Assembly (NCBI GenBank): GCA_965285935.1
Contig: OZ260662.1
Location: 70,742,001 to 70,806,000, forward strand
Direction of reading: 5' to 3'
Source: Ophelia neglecta
Lineage: Eukaryota
DNA length: 64,000 nt
In this document: positions 13,401-28,400 of the stretch, in pieces
Position numbering within the stretch: the first letter of the stretch is position 1
How the letters are laid out: each line of letters starts with the position of its first letter
Made by a program: the position numbers and the translations under genes
The notes under the pieces: generated by a model
Told to the model about the DNA's origin: nothing
The model's database searches: none
The model's input: the letters and a program-made list of their open reading frames with translations, nothing else

Positions 13401-16400
13401 AGAACTGAGGCAAAAGGTACATATGCAAGTAGAGTGCTGGACACCTTTAGGGTAGGTGCCTCCATCAGAGTATGTGATCCCATAGTAAAAAAACACACTG
13501 TATATACCAAGAGCTGAGGCTGTAGGTCCAGACCTGTATTAATATTAATTGGGATTAGTTAAATAATTAAAGACTAATGAAAAATGTATCCACCTGATCT
13601 CCATCCCATGTTGATGCTACTGGCACGCAGTCCAGCTTTGCCTGAGTATACCCAGTGGCCCATAACATATAAAATGGTTCCCCGGGATGTCTACCAATTG
13701 GAAATCACAGAGTGAATATTCTAGTAGGCAAATATTCATGGGTTTGGAAGATTTGTTTTATGCATTATTATTAGTAGAACATTTTGACAACTATACATTT
13801 CCTGTGTACTTGGGGACTGTGAATATTTAGTGACATTGATTGCCTGTATTTTCATTCTGAGCATCTGCATTATTGAAGAAATTATTGGGTGTAAATATGA
13901 ATGCAATGGTCATCATGTGTTGCTGTCAATATAGATATATATATATATACCCAGTGTCAAGCAATATAGGGAAGTCTCACTGGAATGCTGTTTCCTACTT
14001 GTTAATATGCGGATTGCCTTGGTCTTGGTTATTGATTTATCTCATAAAGATTCCAAAGGTCCGAAGTAATAAATGCTCTTATAATTGTAAGGTGGCACAA
14101 TGGCCAGACAGGAAGGTCTGTATTGCAGACTATCAACACATCAATTGATTCAACGTTCCATAAAATTAGTGAGGTTGCTAGCCTCAAAGGAAAAGATGAG
14201 ACCTTTACTTCTATCTACAAAATGGTTCATAGAAACATCTGCATAATCATATAATAGATTATTGCCAATAAACACAACAAGCAAGAAAATATGTGAGAAA
14301 GTCTGAGAATTGTGGACACTATTAATTGTTTGTATACATGAATTCCCCTGATTACCAAAAGTACAAACAATTTCTCTACCATCTCTGGCTTGGGTCCCAA
14401 AACTTTTTATGGCCTCATTGAGTTGGTAATCTGTTATTTCCCAAATGTTCCTTGTGGTATTTGCTTTTTGCATGATACTAAGATCTACCTTGGCATCAGC
14501 ATAAAACCATATCCATGATGATTAAATATTGAAGTAAACACTAAACTGTTAGAGGGAAATTGAAAAATGTTTAGTGTTAGTGCTGAGCTTCAATTGGTTA
14601 GTTTTATAATTTTCAAAAGGCCAACTTTTTATTTTGAGAAATCTAATAAAAATATAAGCATGATAACCCCAGCCAAAAGTCATAATTATCTACATTATTT
14701 TGTAAACCAGAATTCAGAAAAATTGTCATAGAATTGATAATGGGCCCATGGGAAAAAAAACTGATTGTGCGTTATGATCTACATAATAAATTAATTATTT
14801 TAAATAATTAATAATTATCCAAAATACACCAGAATAAATCCAGTTCTTCCTCTCAGTAAGATCTATGGCTGTGTCAAATTTGAAAAAGATGTATCGAATA
14901 TTTTTATGTTATTGCAGAAAATACATTTCCGACTTAATAAAATAATTGTTTTAACTAATTAATAATTATTGGAATTTTGCCAGAATCTAATCAGTAATTT
15001 CTCTCAATAGGGTCTATGGCTGTGCCAAATTTGAAAAAAATGTATAAAATGATTTTGGAGTTATCATGTTAATGACTTAGATCTTGTTCCAAATTTTGCA
15101 TAGTGATTCATGTAATATCTATCAACAATATGTGTCACTTTCTCTGTGATTCACGAAAAGTCAAGTAATCAGTTGACTGGTAACTATTGATAACTGCAAA
15201 TGAAAAGTAGTTAAGGTTCTTTTTGTTTGAAATTGAGTTTATATGGACAGTTTAATCATTTACAATTGCTTATTTAGCTAACTTTATTATTAATGATAGA
15301 AAAATTAGTTTAGCTTTTATTTCTTTATCAATGAGTTATATAGGGCAGTTTGACCATGTAGTGGCCTTTGTCATGTAATTTGCATCATTATACTATTTCA
15401 GTTAGTTAATTTCATTAATGGTGCAAACACTTCCTGTCTTTCATACAAACTAAGAACTACCATATTCATTACTCAGTCTTATAGCATTTTCACCAATCAT
15501 CAATTTCACCCACCTGCTGATATTCCCCTTGCTGCCCCTCCCCCCCCCCCCCCCTGACAGCGTAGGCCTAGTTTCTTCTGTAACCATAGCTGTTTTCTTC
15601 ATATTTGTTGACCTTGATTGTTTTACTGCTAACTATACAGTGGCCATTGTTTTTGCATGTTTGGAATTGTTTGTATGTACATGTATATCAACTTGTTTTA
15701 TGCCTATTTTGTTGACTTTTGTTAACATTGGCTGCAACCAAGTTTAGCTGTAGTTTGGCAGACACAGCCCAGGAGAACAGGTGCATGGTTTATTTGTTAA
15801 GCGAGTAGTCCACCATGCTTTTATGAAATAGGCCAACTATTTACTACAGTTGATACTTAGTTGGCCTCCTGCAGTAAGACACAACTCAAGAAGGCCTTTA
15901 TTGGGAATAACTTAGTCTGTCAGGTTAAATATCATTTCTCAGGAGTCATGACCCAAAATTAGATATTTTACCCTTTCTATTTATGTAAAAGGAATATAAG
16001 GACTGCCCACGCGTGTTGTCATCATCTGCATGTAGAAACAACTTTTAAATAATTATTCATAAAACATAAATGTATTTCATTTTTGTCTGTACAAAGGGGA
16101 TCAGTAATTATTATCATCGTAGCATGCTGGGAATGCTAATCTTATTTATGGTTTTAAGTGGTATTGGGATGGTATATTGCTTTCCCTTATTATTGTTGGC
16201 ACAATAATAATCCCAATGTCATACATTGTATATGACAGTAAATGCTTCTTTACGAATGCTTTCATGTACTCGTCTTTTATTGATGCTTTTATACTGATTA
16301 CCTTTAGCCGAGAGAAAGGGTTTTTCTATGTTCATTTAATGCCAATGTGTATAATATTGGAAAATTGATAGCCATCCAATACTGATGTTGTGTCCCACTG

Positions 16401-19400
16401 AGCTTATAAGTGTTGCAGTGTTGTTTTATCTTCATCCACATGTCACATGATCAGCCGTCTTGGCTAGTATTAACATGAAAGCATTGCAACTTGAAGGTGT
16501 GTTAAAGATATGTATGTTATACTTAATGTAGACAGTGTTTGGTGTAACACTGCTGGTTTCATGTTTACTTGAGTAAGTCACTTATTAATTTGCTACCTAT
16601 ATTTTCCAGTGGCAATTTAACCCATCAGCACTGTTATCAGTCCCATTCATATAGAATACATTTGGTGGCTCACTGAAGTTTCATCATGGCATTGAGTATG
16701 CCTCGTGAAGTAGAGGAAAGATTCTTAAATGAATATATGTGGGTTGTGCGTTGCCATTGCCCATTGGAATGAGTTTTCTGGTGACCTGATCTTAACGTCA
16801 TTATCCAAAGATTCTTTCCCCCAGCTATATCTTCTATATATAACAGGAAAAAGAATGTATTATATAGGCCACAGGTGGAGAAAGGAAGGGTATATTCTGA
16901 TCTCAGCATCACCCTTAATCAGATAGTCACCTCATCCTTGCAAAAGGCCTCTAATAATCAGAAAGGCGAGCATGGAAGGTGAATGTGTGTGTGACCATGT
17001 TGGTACTATATCTGACTATCCAGGGCTTTCGAAAAACACCAAACATAAGAAGACTTGGAAACAAGGACCTGAGTCGATTTCTGTGTTAGAAATTACTGAC
17101 TTTTTGTATTTTTCTGTTTCCGCTCATGACTTGCCTTCTCTACCTGGGTTGTCAATTTTTCATCCAATTGACAATCAAGCATGACATGATGAGTGTGTGC
17201 CGTGTCTGATTGGGCAATAGTTCACCTTTTCAGTAATTATTAAAATAGAATTTCACTTTAACTCAATTTTATTGAGTCCCTAAAATATAAGCACTGAGCT
17301 GTCAAACAAGATTACATGTAACTTTGTTGAAAGTATTTAATTTAAATCGTATGGACATAAGGAAAAAATTAAAATAAACTAACTGCTTCCTGCCCAACCA
17401 TGTCAACAGGTTGGCACTGAAAAGTTTTGGTTTCATTTTCAATTTTTGCAGCTAGAGCTCAACTGGCTGGCTACCCTGAGTAGCATTGTCATCAATATAC
17501 ATGCAAGCAGACACTCTATCCTTTCTTACCAATGTTAATTTCCTACAATTAAGAAAATGCAAAGTTTCCGGTAATTATGAGAAAAGTGAACTATATTGGC
17601 CTAGGTGACGCGTTTGCAGGCATTTTCTGCTGGGATTTTCACTAGGACAGAAAGCCGTCAAATAAAGCATCATGCCTGCAGTACTATCACTGTTTTAGCT
17701 TTCATTAATATAGCAGTAAATGTCTCAAGGTTTAGTTAAAATTCTTCTGTTATGATGGGTATCACCACCCTAATAGAAAATGAAATGGCGACAAGCTATT
17801 TGGAAGCACAAAGAAATATCCAAGGCACAGGAGAGAGCTATTTGTGGTTGACTGGAGACAAAAAATATTTTGTGCTATTTTCCGGCAGTGGAAAATCTGT
17901 CCCCTTCCAAATATTTTGTTCTTAGGTGAAGAGCTTGAAAGCCATCCAAGAAGCACATGGGAGCATTTGGTGCTTCATCGTATACAAAAACAGTTAGGGC
18001 AGTCTTGAGGAACAGACACTGTGACCAGAATTCGAGTCTAAAAAGTATTACCCAATTCACATGTCAGCTGTTTACTTCCTCTGTCAGCGGCCTTCATCGC
18101 CAATTAAGAAAGCAGTGATCAAAGGTGCCTTCCAGACTAGTTTAAAACAGTTAGATCACAGATGGGAATTAAGACTGCCTGCCATCTGCTGAGAGGCTCT
18201 AGATCTAAGTTGCCCATATTTGACAGACCTTAATTGGAGCTATCTAATAATGTAGGCACAATGTAGGGCTGCTACTCAGTTTACTGGCTGGCATGAAATG
18301 TGTTAAATTATTACCTCTGTTTATTCAAACAATACAATGCAAATCAATATGTATGCAACAGTAGTTGCATACGTATTAGTACTTTACATATTCTTGCTCC
18401 CAATAACTGCGATTCATGACCAATCTGGATGCCAAAAATTTTCTTTTGTAGATCGAATATATATTTAAATCTAAAACCAATTTAACAGCATTTTACTACT
18501 TCAAGTCACTAAAAGTAAACAGGAATAAGAGAGAATTTCATTTTTGCCTACACATTTTCTGTGTGCACTATGTGTACATTTGTACCTGTATGCACCTTTT
18601 TTTCTGGTACATGTATACAAGTAGTTGGAATTGTAGATTTTTAGGTATTTTGATAAAAGTAGGTATGCATTTCACATTTAGGAAATAAAATTTGTAGCAA
18701 GCTAGTATTTATGCATTGTTGATTATAACAGTATAAAGAACAAGATGTACATGTATGTCTGAACATTTTAGGAGTAAATGGTATATTTGTATATAGCTTT
18801 GTAAGATGACCAGAGTTTCTCTTCTCATTTTGTATTATAATTGTTTGTGAAGTGAATAAAAGCACAATATGTCCAATAATGAGAAATGATTTTGCGCCCT
18901 CCTTTGAGTGCTCCTGAAATTCTGAACCATATGAACAAACTATTTTGTTTGGTCTCAGCTGTAGATATTCATAGAACTTAGATTCATGGGCACTGCAGGT
19001 CAATATTAAACTGTACAAAAGCTGCTTCCTCAAGTATAAATTGTGTAGAAGGAACGCCCAGAGAGAGATCAGATGTGAAGAAACTGGTGCAATGGGTAAA
19101 TTATAAACATGGACCCTTAGACACAACAAATCCAGGCATGTCATATTGTATACAAGGAAATGGCTTAATGGAGACTTGCTTGTCGGTGACTCAATACACA
19201 AGATACTAAATACACAACAGTTTTGCTCAGGATCTTGCAATTTATTTGTCCATCTCCTGCCTGAGCTATAAGCCGATCCACATCAAGGTGGTCTTGTGTA
19301 TTTGTTCAGAGTAATATTCCACTAATGTAGGTTTAATTAAAAGATATAAGCAGACAGCTGCTAGCGCTTGGAATAGGCACTCCTCTTTTGTCTCATTCCT

Positions 19401-22400
19401 TTTTCATGCACATAGCAACTTAATTTGCAACAATTTCCAGAGAAAAAGAATGAAGGTAGGAAGGAAGGCTGCAGTGTGACAGAAGAATTATTGTTATTAA
19501 CAAAAGGAAATTATATGTGAATAGCAGAAATTACACACTCTCATTTCATAAAAAAAAAGCTTTCATTTCTCAATTATTTGTGCTAAAAGTAAACACTCAT
19601 TTCTTAAAAGATATTTCCCATATTCCTCATGTTTTTGTGTGTACAATACATTTAGCATTATGTAATTAATTTGGTAAATATTACTTTGTACTAGTACAAA
19701 TGTATGAATTGTATGTATACAACACCTAGCTGTATTTGCCTCAACATAATTTCAAATAATGTAAAATTTATAACATAGACCATAGTTTTAAAACACCAAC
19801 CATCTTTCAAGTACTGTACCTGTGACCATGGTGGGTGGAATAATCTGAGGGCAAAAATGAATAAGAAAATCAGAGAAAAAACAGAATGTGGTCATACTTT
19901 ACAGTAATATCAAAGCAGTAAGGCATAATACGTTCATATCTGTCACATGGTTTTAAAAAAACCATATAGACTATTTTATATTACTTAGTTTAGCATAATT
20001 CTGGCATAGTGTACAGTCTTCTACTGCGAAAAAGCATGCTAAGAACTGTTGAAATTTCTAGGCAAAATTTAAAGCTTAAGAAAAAAAGAATAATAGGAGT
20101 GTGTGTTTCTGTTCAGTGGAGCCACAAAGATAATTCAGGATGCCCTGAGGAAGGAATACAGGATGGTGTAGAGAGCAATCTTGTATGGTGTCTGCATTAT
20201 GAAGGTAGACAGAACATGACAACAACCTACACGTACTTAGGGAATGCCCACTCATTCATCTTTTAAATATATAACGTATTTATACAACAAGCTTCAACTT
20301 AGATTTGAGTAAAATGCAAAACAAAAGGAATATTTAAGCACTGATTGTGTTGACTGGTATATTTACTTCAGTAGTCCTCATGGAATGAATGAGGAGGGGG
20401 GGGGGGTCCAAGGGGGGGGGGACATGGGAACAGGCTGTGACATGTGTATGACTGTTGTCACAATGAAAATTGCTGCCAATACTTAGCTTACAATTTATGA
20501 CTGCATTGCATGAGGACTTGTGCTTTGACATAAAATAACCCTTTATTTATTGGTAATTAATTGACATTAATGGTAATGAAAAGATAGCAGTTATGTCTTT
20601 ATATTGGCTTGGAAATCAATTTTTTATGATAAATGGCAGTTTGATATTATGGATTAAGGTACATGCCTTGTGGAATTGTGTGATGTCGACGCAGTTCAAA
20701 TGTAATGTGTGGATTTCAGGTTTTTATGGATAATTTCTTGCTTTATTTACTGCTTAAAAAAACCCTTTCGACATGGCAAGCTTCTATAGAGGCTCGAGGC
20801 CCCTACTTCAGTAACAGATATTCACCGATGAGTTTAATGTGCATCAAGAACATATTAGCAACCCATATTTTCAGTGCCATTGGCCAGCTTCAGTGGAGAC
20901 CAATATTATTGAAATCCATTATTTCCTGCAGAAAACACTGCTCAAGTCCATATAACAAATCCTTTGAACACTAAACATGTACGTTTTTGTATGATGGGTA
21001 TGGTGCTGAGGAAGTAGGCATTTTGTATGCATGGGGAATGCCCATGGTTGAAATGACTGGGTGTTGCCTGGTGAGCCTCTGCTTGTGATAAATCTTCTCT
21101 CAGCTTAAATCTACCCTAGCTGATATTCTCTTCCTGGAAGAGGCTCTTGATCGGCTTCCATATTTAAGAGCCCTTGGACTAGCAAATGCTTCTGACAAAT
21201 TCATTGGTTTTATGGGAAACATGGTTTTGTACAAACTTGTGACAAATCCATTATGGAATTATTCAGCAGGGTCATGTTTTATTCAAAAGACTGTACATGA
21301 ACATGTATATTTAGAAGAAACTTAACCTATAACATTCTGTTTTTCACAAGAGTAGGTCATCATCTTGCCATTTTGATGTGTAATGTCCATGTACGTGTTT
21401 ACAAATACAAATTTCAGATACTAGGCAGAGATACGAGATATGAGGTATTTAGACCATACTGAAGCCTCATGTAGATTTGGATTAGGTTTGAGATGGACAT
21501 TATGGTTAAAGATGGATTGTTTCAGTTGGGTTGTTAGCAAAATCCTGCCACTTATCCAGTCACAATGTATCCTTAACTTATTTTTATATAGCAAATGTAA
21601 GTGTCCTTTGGGATTAATTGATGAATGAGACCATGCATGGTCATGCCTCTTGGCAAAATATCTGATTAAACTGGTTTAAAATTTATAAATTGTGCTTTTG
21701 TCCCCCATGCCAGCTCCTATATACATGTATAAATTTATGTCATTGTGTGGTTGGTGCATGTGTTCAGGAACAGAAAAAGCATTGTGTGGTCCACATTACA
21801 CTATTAACATCATTTATATTACACAATCTATAACATATAAACATATAAACTTTTTTCTTCTTCTGACCTTAAACATGCATCTATCTTTCATTTGTCATGT
21901 GTTTATATTATAGAGACAATTGCATCTGTAGTCTCTTAAAAAGCTCTCCTAGGGCATATTTCTTCTACTTCCTTATATGTTGACCACTGGCTCTTTTGTA
22001 ATTACTGGATTATTGAATGTTCTTGATTACTGATTTTGGTTTGTCATTGTTCATACATGTACTGGTATCCAAACCTATTTTGGCTTGTCTGCCTGCTATC
22101 CATGCCCATTTTTGTTAGTCTGCCAGGTATCCACACTCATTTTGGTGCATCTGGTTGGGATCCACACCATCTTTGTTTGTCTGCTAGGTACCCAAACCCA
22201 TTTTGGTATGTCTGGCTGGTATCCAAATCTATTGTGGTTACTTGGCTGGTATCCACACCATTTTTGCTTGTTTGGCTGGTATCCACACCCATTTTGGTGT
22301 ATCTTGCTGGTGTCTACACCCATCTGGCTGGTTGGTATTCAAACCAATTTTCTGTAGGGGGTCTATATGTATTAATTGATTCCTTTGCCTGCCACCACAG

Positions 22401-25400
22401 TGCCCCCTCTTTCCTGCAAAGTGTCAGCAGCAACAATAAATATCTCATACCATAAAACCATTTAGTACACAACAGTTGATTTGGCCGAGGCAATTATATG
22501 AAGCATCTTGTAGAGTCTGTCCATCAATTCTACCTGATTATTTTATTAATAATTAAAATTATCTCAGTTTGTATCGTATTATTGTATTGTTATGCAGCAA
22601 GATAACCAGTCAATGATACAGATTGCAGCATTTACATTGCTCTGGCTGCACAATAATACCCATAGTCACATTGGTCATTTTACAAAAGTAGTGTTGAGCA
22701 ATTTGATGTAAAATGAGCAGTCTGTTTGTCTTGATATCCCACAAAGATCTTTATTTTAATTTGAATCTGTCCTGTGTGCAATCCAGCAAATAGCATGACT
22801 GCAGTAAAACCCGTTAAAAAGGGAAAAGGTGGATGGAAACAAATTGGTAAAGATCTTAATCAGAAGAAGTGAAAACAATATTGACTTGCTTAACCATGTC
22901 AACGGAGGTAGTTGCTAGCCTTCAGCATTTGATATTCCTCACACACTCAACCTTGGGTAAAATCATTGTTTGCTCTTGGCTGATATAGCTGCATATTGCC
23001 TCCTCTGCTATGCTAGTAATATTGTTCTCAAATTATACCCCTCAGGTGTATAAACAAACAAATATTAATGATTGAGCCAAGTTGTCAGGCTGAGTAATCT
23101 GCAGTATATATGTATATTGCCTTTTCAGCAATTTTCTATTATTATTAATTATTATAATATTTGTAAATTGTTGTATATGCCTCTTAGCGTCATGGCCAGA
23201 ATTTTATTACCAGCATTAATGCATCCCAGGTTTGATGATTAAGATTTACTTGTTGTTGAAATTGTTGTAAATGCATGACAATATCCAGGAAATGTCCATA
23301 ACAGGAAATGTTCTCAATTTTAATGACACCAGACGGCTGAAATATATTAGTGAACCATTCCCGAGCAAACATAAACAATTTGGAAGGTCCATGTCATTTG
23401 TTCATTTGTACAGTAGTAATGATCAGCAAAAATAAACATGCCAAAACAGGCACTATTTCAAATCACCAACTTATCCTGTGTTGAATAAATTTAGGTGTAC
23501 ATACAGTACGGCTATCTGCCAGGCACAACCTGACATTTAATTTAGTCTCTTAATGCATGACAGAATTCAAATAAATTGTATAAAAGTTCATCCCTATACA
23601 GAGCTCTTTTTTTTTATAAGTTTTAGCATTGATATGTGGTTTTTCCTTTTCATCTGGAGCAAATCCAGGCAAATTTTGGGGAAAATTCCATGAAGGTGGT
23701 CATTGAAAAGAGATGCATGCAACTGCTCTCCATTCAATGCAAATGCAAAATTTCATTTCCTCCATTAGTTGCTATGAAATTTAATCTGACATAAAACTAA
23801 ACCAACTAGTCAGATTGTTTACACATTTTACTGTTTATGTGTATTTACAATCTTCTTTTTCAATACAGGAGCCATGATTCGTACAGCATATAATGCAAGT
23901 TGAAAGCCTTTGCATATATACTGTAGTCATGAACTGTATTTGACAGAATTATAAAATATGAAATCATGGTGATGACTAGGATTTTCAAAAAAGTGCCTGC
24001 AAAAATTGAATGCACCATCATCATCTTATGATCTAATGGCGCCATTCTGTAGCGGGAATAAAAAGCTGTCGCAAAAGTAAAGAGCTGGTTGTCATGTCTG
24101 TTAGTATCTTATTTTAGATTAGATTGAGTAAATAATATATTTCCAGATTAGATTTTTACTCCTGGTAATAGCCTTCAAGCCTGAAGGAGTATTGTCTTGG
24201 CTTAGAAAGTGGCCAGTGGAGTGGGCGTTTTCTTGTCCTACCTACATGTATTCATACATGCTAAAAATGGATCACTATGACTTGGGGATGCCAGCTATAG
24301 CCATATCAAATACATTAACCACTAATAAAAAGCTTTAGTTGTGGGGTTTGTACTGTATTGCACTCAATGACTATCAGATTTTCACCCAATAATCAGGATA
24401 ATACTGTGTTATTTTGCTAGCATGCATAAATGTACATGACTCCTGTTCCTCATCCTCCAATACACTCTCCTTCCAATAGGTATCTCTCCCTGCCCTATAT
24501 GATATGCATGATTATTTAATTTTATTTGAGTTTATGTAACAAATAGTAAAAAATGGCATTTTGACTCATAGTCTTTCTCATAGTTTGAACCATATTAAAG
24601 TGATATTATGGAACGGAATGCTTAGTAACATGTACATGATGCATGAGAAATGAAGATTCCTAGTGTTGGGAATGATAACGTATTATGTGTCAGGGATGAA
24701 GGGACAGAGATGTAGCTTTAGAACAAAGAACCTGTAAATGTCACTGGTGGAATTTATGCTGTTGAGAATATTAACAGAAACTACCTACATGCCAAAAACA
24801 TAAAATGACAGGGCAAAAGTGTCCATGATTTGTACCCTGAAATCACAAAAATGTGATGAATTGTATTAATAAAGTGATGTCAAGAAAAGACATTTGGTGA
24901 ATTAAAAATTGATAACTTGTATGTATCATGTAATATTTGCATGTATTTTACAACTTGTTTTGCGTAGCCTTCACATATTTTGACTTAAATCTGAAGAGCT
25001 ACATAGATACATAGATGAGGTTGAGAAACATATTGCTTTGGCATAAAATTCAGGTTTAACTTTGCTGACTCAATACTTTTCTTTTGCAGGATGTCGTTTC
25101 AGTAGTGTGGTTTGTAGTTGGGATGAAGAATGTGTGGATGGTAAGTACTGGCTCATAAATACATGTAGGTACACCGAATGATAGTTTTAGTTGTGAAGTG
25201 AATCTCATGTACATGTACAGGTACATATATGGAAATTGAATTGTTAATTTAGTATTTTGCTGTGTACTAAGGTGAATTATGGCTTTTTTCAGTTTGTGAT
25301 TCAAGCATTCAAATTAATTACTTGTCCATTTATATTAAATTATAGGTTCAATTCATACTCACCCTTTCTGGTGCTTTTCTGACTGTTTTATTAATAAGCT

Positions 25401-28400
25401 GTACCTAATGACCAGGACAGTACCTTTAAATATCTTATTACTACTTCCCATTTAGCGTAAGTTGTTAAGTGGCTGCATCGTTTTATTGTTTGAAGTACGA
25501 GGCTCAGCAATACGGTTTAATTCCCAAGAGTCGTATAAGTTGTTTGTGGGCAGCAAAGCAGGTTTTAACACCAATAAAATGAAGACATAGAACATCAGTT
25601 AACATTACCTACTAGCATTTGTGACAGAGTGACCTGAGAGATAAAGACACAATCCAGCATGGAAATATGATCATCATCAAGAATGCCCCCCTAGGATAAA
25701 ATATTTTGATCTGACTTCGAATGCGCATCATATTACATAGGAATGACTTACTGGCTAGGTGGCAGTGCGAAATTTGTCAGTACCCCCAAAATTCATGCAT
25801 TATCACTGAAGTGAACATGCCATATATTGATTACTTTATGAGACAATTGCAGCTATTTTTACAGTAATTACTAAAACAATTGATTGTAAGAATCCAAACA
25901 TTATATGCCTTTTCAACAAATTAAAATTGTCCCTAAACTAATTCAAATGAAAATTATGTGTCAATGATACTCTGATAAAACAACTAGTATTTTTTTTTTA
26001 AATATGCTGAAATGCACTTGAAAGTGACAAACCACATGTTTACACACAACTCAGTCTCTGGGACTTATACGTGTTCTGACTGCAGTACGTGGTGTCATGG
26101 GCGCTAGATTTTCCTGGTTGATCAGCCTTTTCTCGGGAGTTTTATTGCTCCTGCTGCATGGAGCAAATTATTGCTGCTTATTTTTCGTACTTTTGGGGTT
26201 TTTTTCACCAAAGAAGGTAATGATGGAATGCAGCAAAAATTGACTGCGGATTTCATGTCTGCCATGTTGTACAGAGCAAAGATGACACATGAATGATTGG
26301 CAGGATGAGTGATGCCATTACACGGGTATCCCATGCATTTGGAACTCGAGCACACTGGATCATGGGAGTCCAACCACTCGCAGTAATGGCTATGATAGCT
26401 GGTTTATCACCCATCAAAACCAGAGACATTCTCAGGGAAAGAAGGCAGTATGGTACATTTACAGAAAAATTGATGGTAATTTATGTCATATAAAACATCA
26501 GTGGACACCTTTGAGTTTACCCTGGCTTACGGAAGTATCATACTTTGTATGAAATGATGTGGAGACCTTTTGTATGAAGGAGTTAGGTGAACTATTTAAT
26601 ATTGTTTACAGGGCAACCCACGCAAGTACATTATTCATTATAATGCTATGTTCGTGGCAGTTTGGCAAGCTGTTACGATGATTTGATTATTTTTCACTTA
26701 AACATACTATTCAATATGATCTCAGCATATGAATAAATCCATTTTCCATTTTGAATTCGGGATGATTAGTTTACCTACAAGCCAAGATGGGCCACACCAG
26801 CCATGAACAAATCTGATGTAAGGAAAGGCAGAATATCAGTGCCTGATGCCTTTTCACCTGGCTGTATATGACGTCACAGACCACTTTACCTATGACGCAT
26901 GATGACACAATCAATTTGTTCATTTTATCAGAATGTCAAGCAGTATGTAAAGTGATTTTGTCTTGTTTTCCTGAGTTGGACGGACCCTGTGATAACCAAA
27001 CATAACAGTTTTTTGTGGAAAATAGCGTAAGGGAACAGAATGGGTTGGATGGGCTAGAACCATCCTTGATAACCTGTCTGCTAAGAATACTGAGTATTCA
27101 TTTGTAATCCAAATGACAGGATGATGATCTCTGGCTAACACGATGACTGAGGGTCAGCCTCTCTGCACCTTGGCAATTTTATTCTGTTTACAATATATCT
27201 GGGCAGTAAGAGAACTTGAGCTGAGAGAATTAGAACAAAGAACTGTACTGTACATGATCACTATTCCTCGCCAAATAGCGTGCTGTATTATCATCAACAA
27301 TACTGTCACAGCTAGTACTTGATATGAGGCGGTCCAGCCTATGTGGGCTGGCTTAGCATCCTCTTCTGTGACAGAAAGCTCTGCTGTCTTAGAGGTGTTC
27401 GTGTAGTCACCTGCTGTAACAGTTGCTCATACTGTATTTGACACCAAGGCTGTGTGAGCAGTGGAGCTTCATCACCTTCATGACACAAGAGCTACCTAGC
27501 TGTTGGTTTGACCATTTGGAGTCAGGTCTCTGTGTTTTTTAACATGGGCTGAATAGAATGTGGCTCCAGGCTACGTGATCTGCAGATGTAAGACTGGTTA
27601 TTCTTTGGCCATAAAATCTGTAGATTCAGCATTAATTTAATTAGCTTTTCTTTTAGGATAAATTCTCCTTTTTAACCTACATTTATTTACAGTTGGAAAA
27701 TTTAAAATGAGCTAATATGTCCATTAGTAAATTTACCATAAGATAGTAAATGCCAATTCAGTACTGAAGACATATGGAATAAAGTGTAAACAACAAGGTT
27801 ATTTTACATTGAAACTGAACAGTGTGGTTTCATATTTGGTGGTCTAAATTGACAGGTGGTCGGACTATACAAGTGGTCTTTAGAGCATGTTTCACTGTGT
27901 GCATGTAAAAACAATGTAGTTATTTTAAGAGCAAGCAAAAAGTTCCAACCAGCTGTGTACTGTTCGGGGACAACATAGAAGTACCGGTAGTATTCATGGA
28001 AGTTCATGTGTCCGTCTGCTCCCTAATTGCTCTTTAGCCTTGAGTGGTTTCCTACTCCAGAGTCTTCTGACACCCACACTGATTACTGTGATTGGCATAT
28101 GGCAAGTATTGATCAATGAACTTATGGGTTGTCTCAGCTTTGGCTTGGTAGTTGTAGGTTCTCCCTCAAGGTGGCTAGCCAAAGGTGAAATTTCCGTTGC
28201 ACCACGCATAGTCCTCTGGTGAAAACAAGGGCTCACATGGAAGGCTTTTTGGTGAGGTTTAATGAAAGCCTCCTGATTTAATGCAAAAAAAGGTTCCTTA
28301 TTGTCAAATAATGCACAGGGAATGCCAAGTATCCCAGAGCTTCATGTATAATATTTCTATTGGTTGTTATCATTTTATACAGAAGCACAAACACACAAAA

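Noticed and set aside
15096-15105. TTGCATAGT matches (also at ~60177) as miR-153
   Set aside because: Only the first 9 nt match. The sequence continues GATT rather than CACAAAAG, there is no hairpin, and the first match lies in a repeat.
18641-19240. 199-aa minus-strand ORF
   Set aside because: Non-ATG start, low-information Leu/Ser/Cys-rich composition, and no motif or splice support.
22036-22455. Repetitive WYP/GYQP ORFs as a structural protein
   Set aside because: It is open in several frames and on both strands because of the ~30-bp minisatellite, and there are no splice or expression cues.
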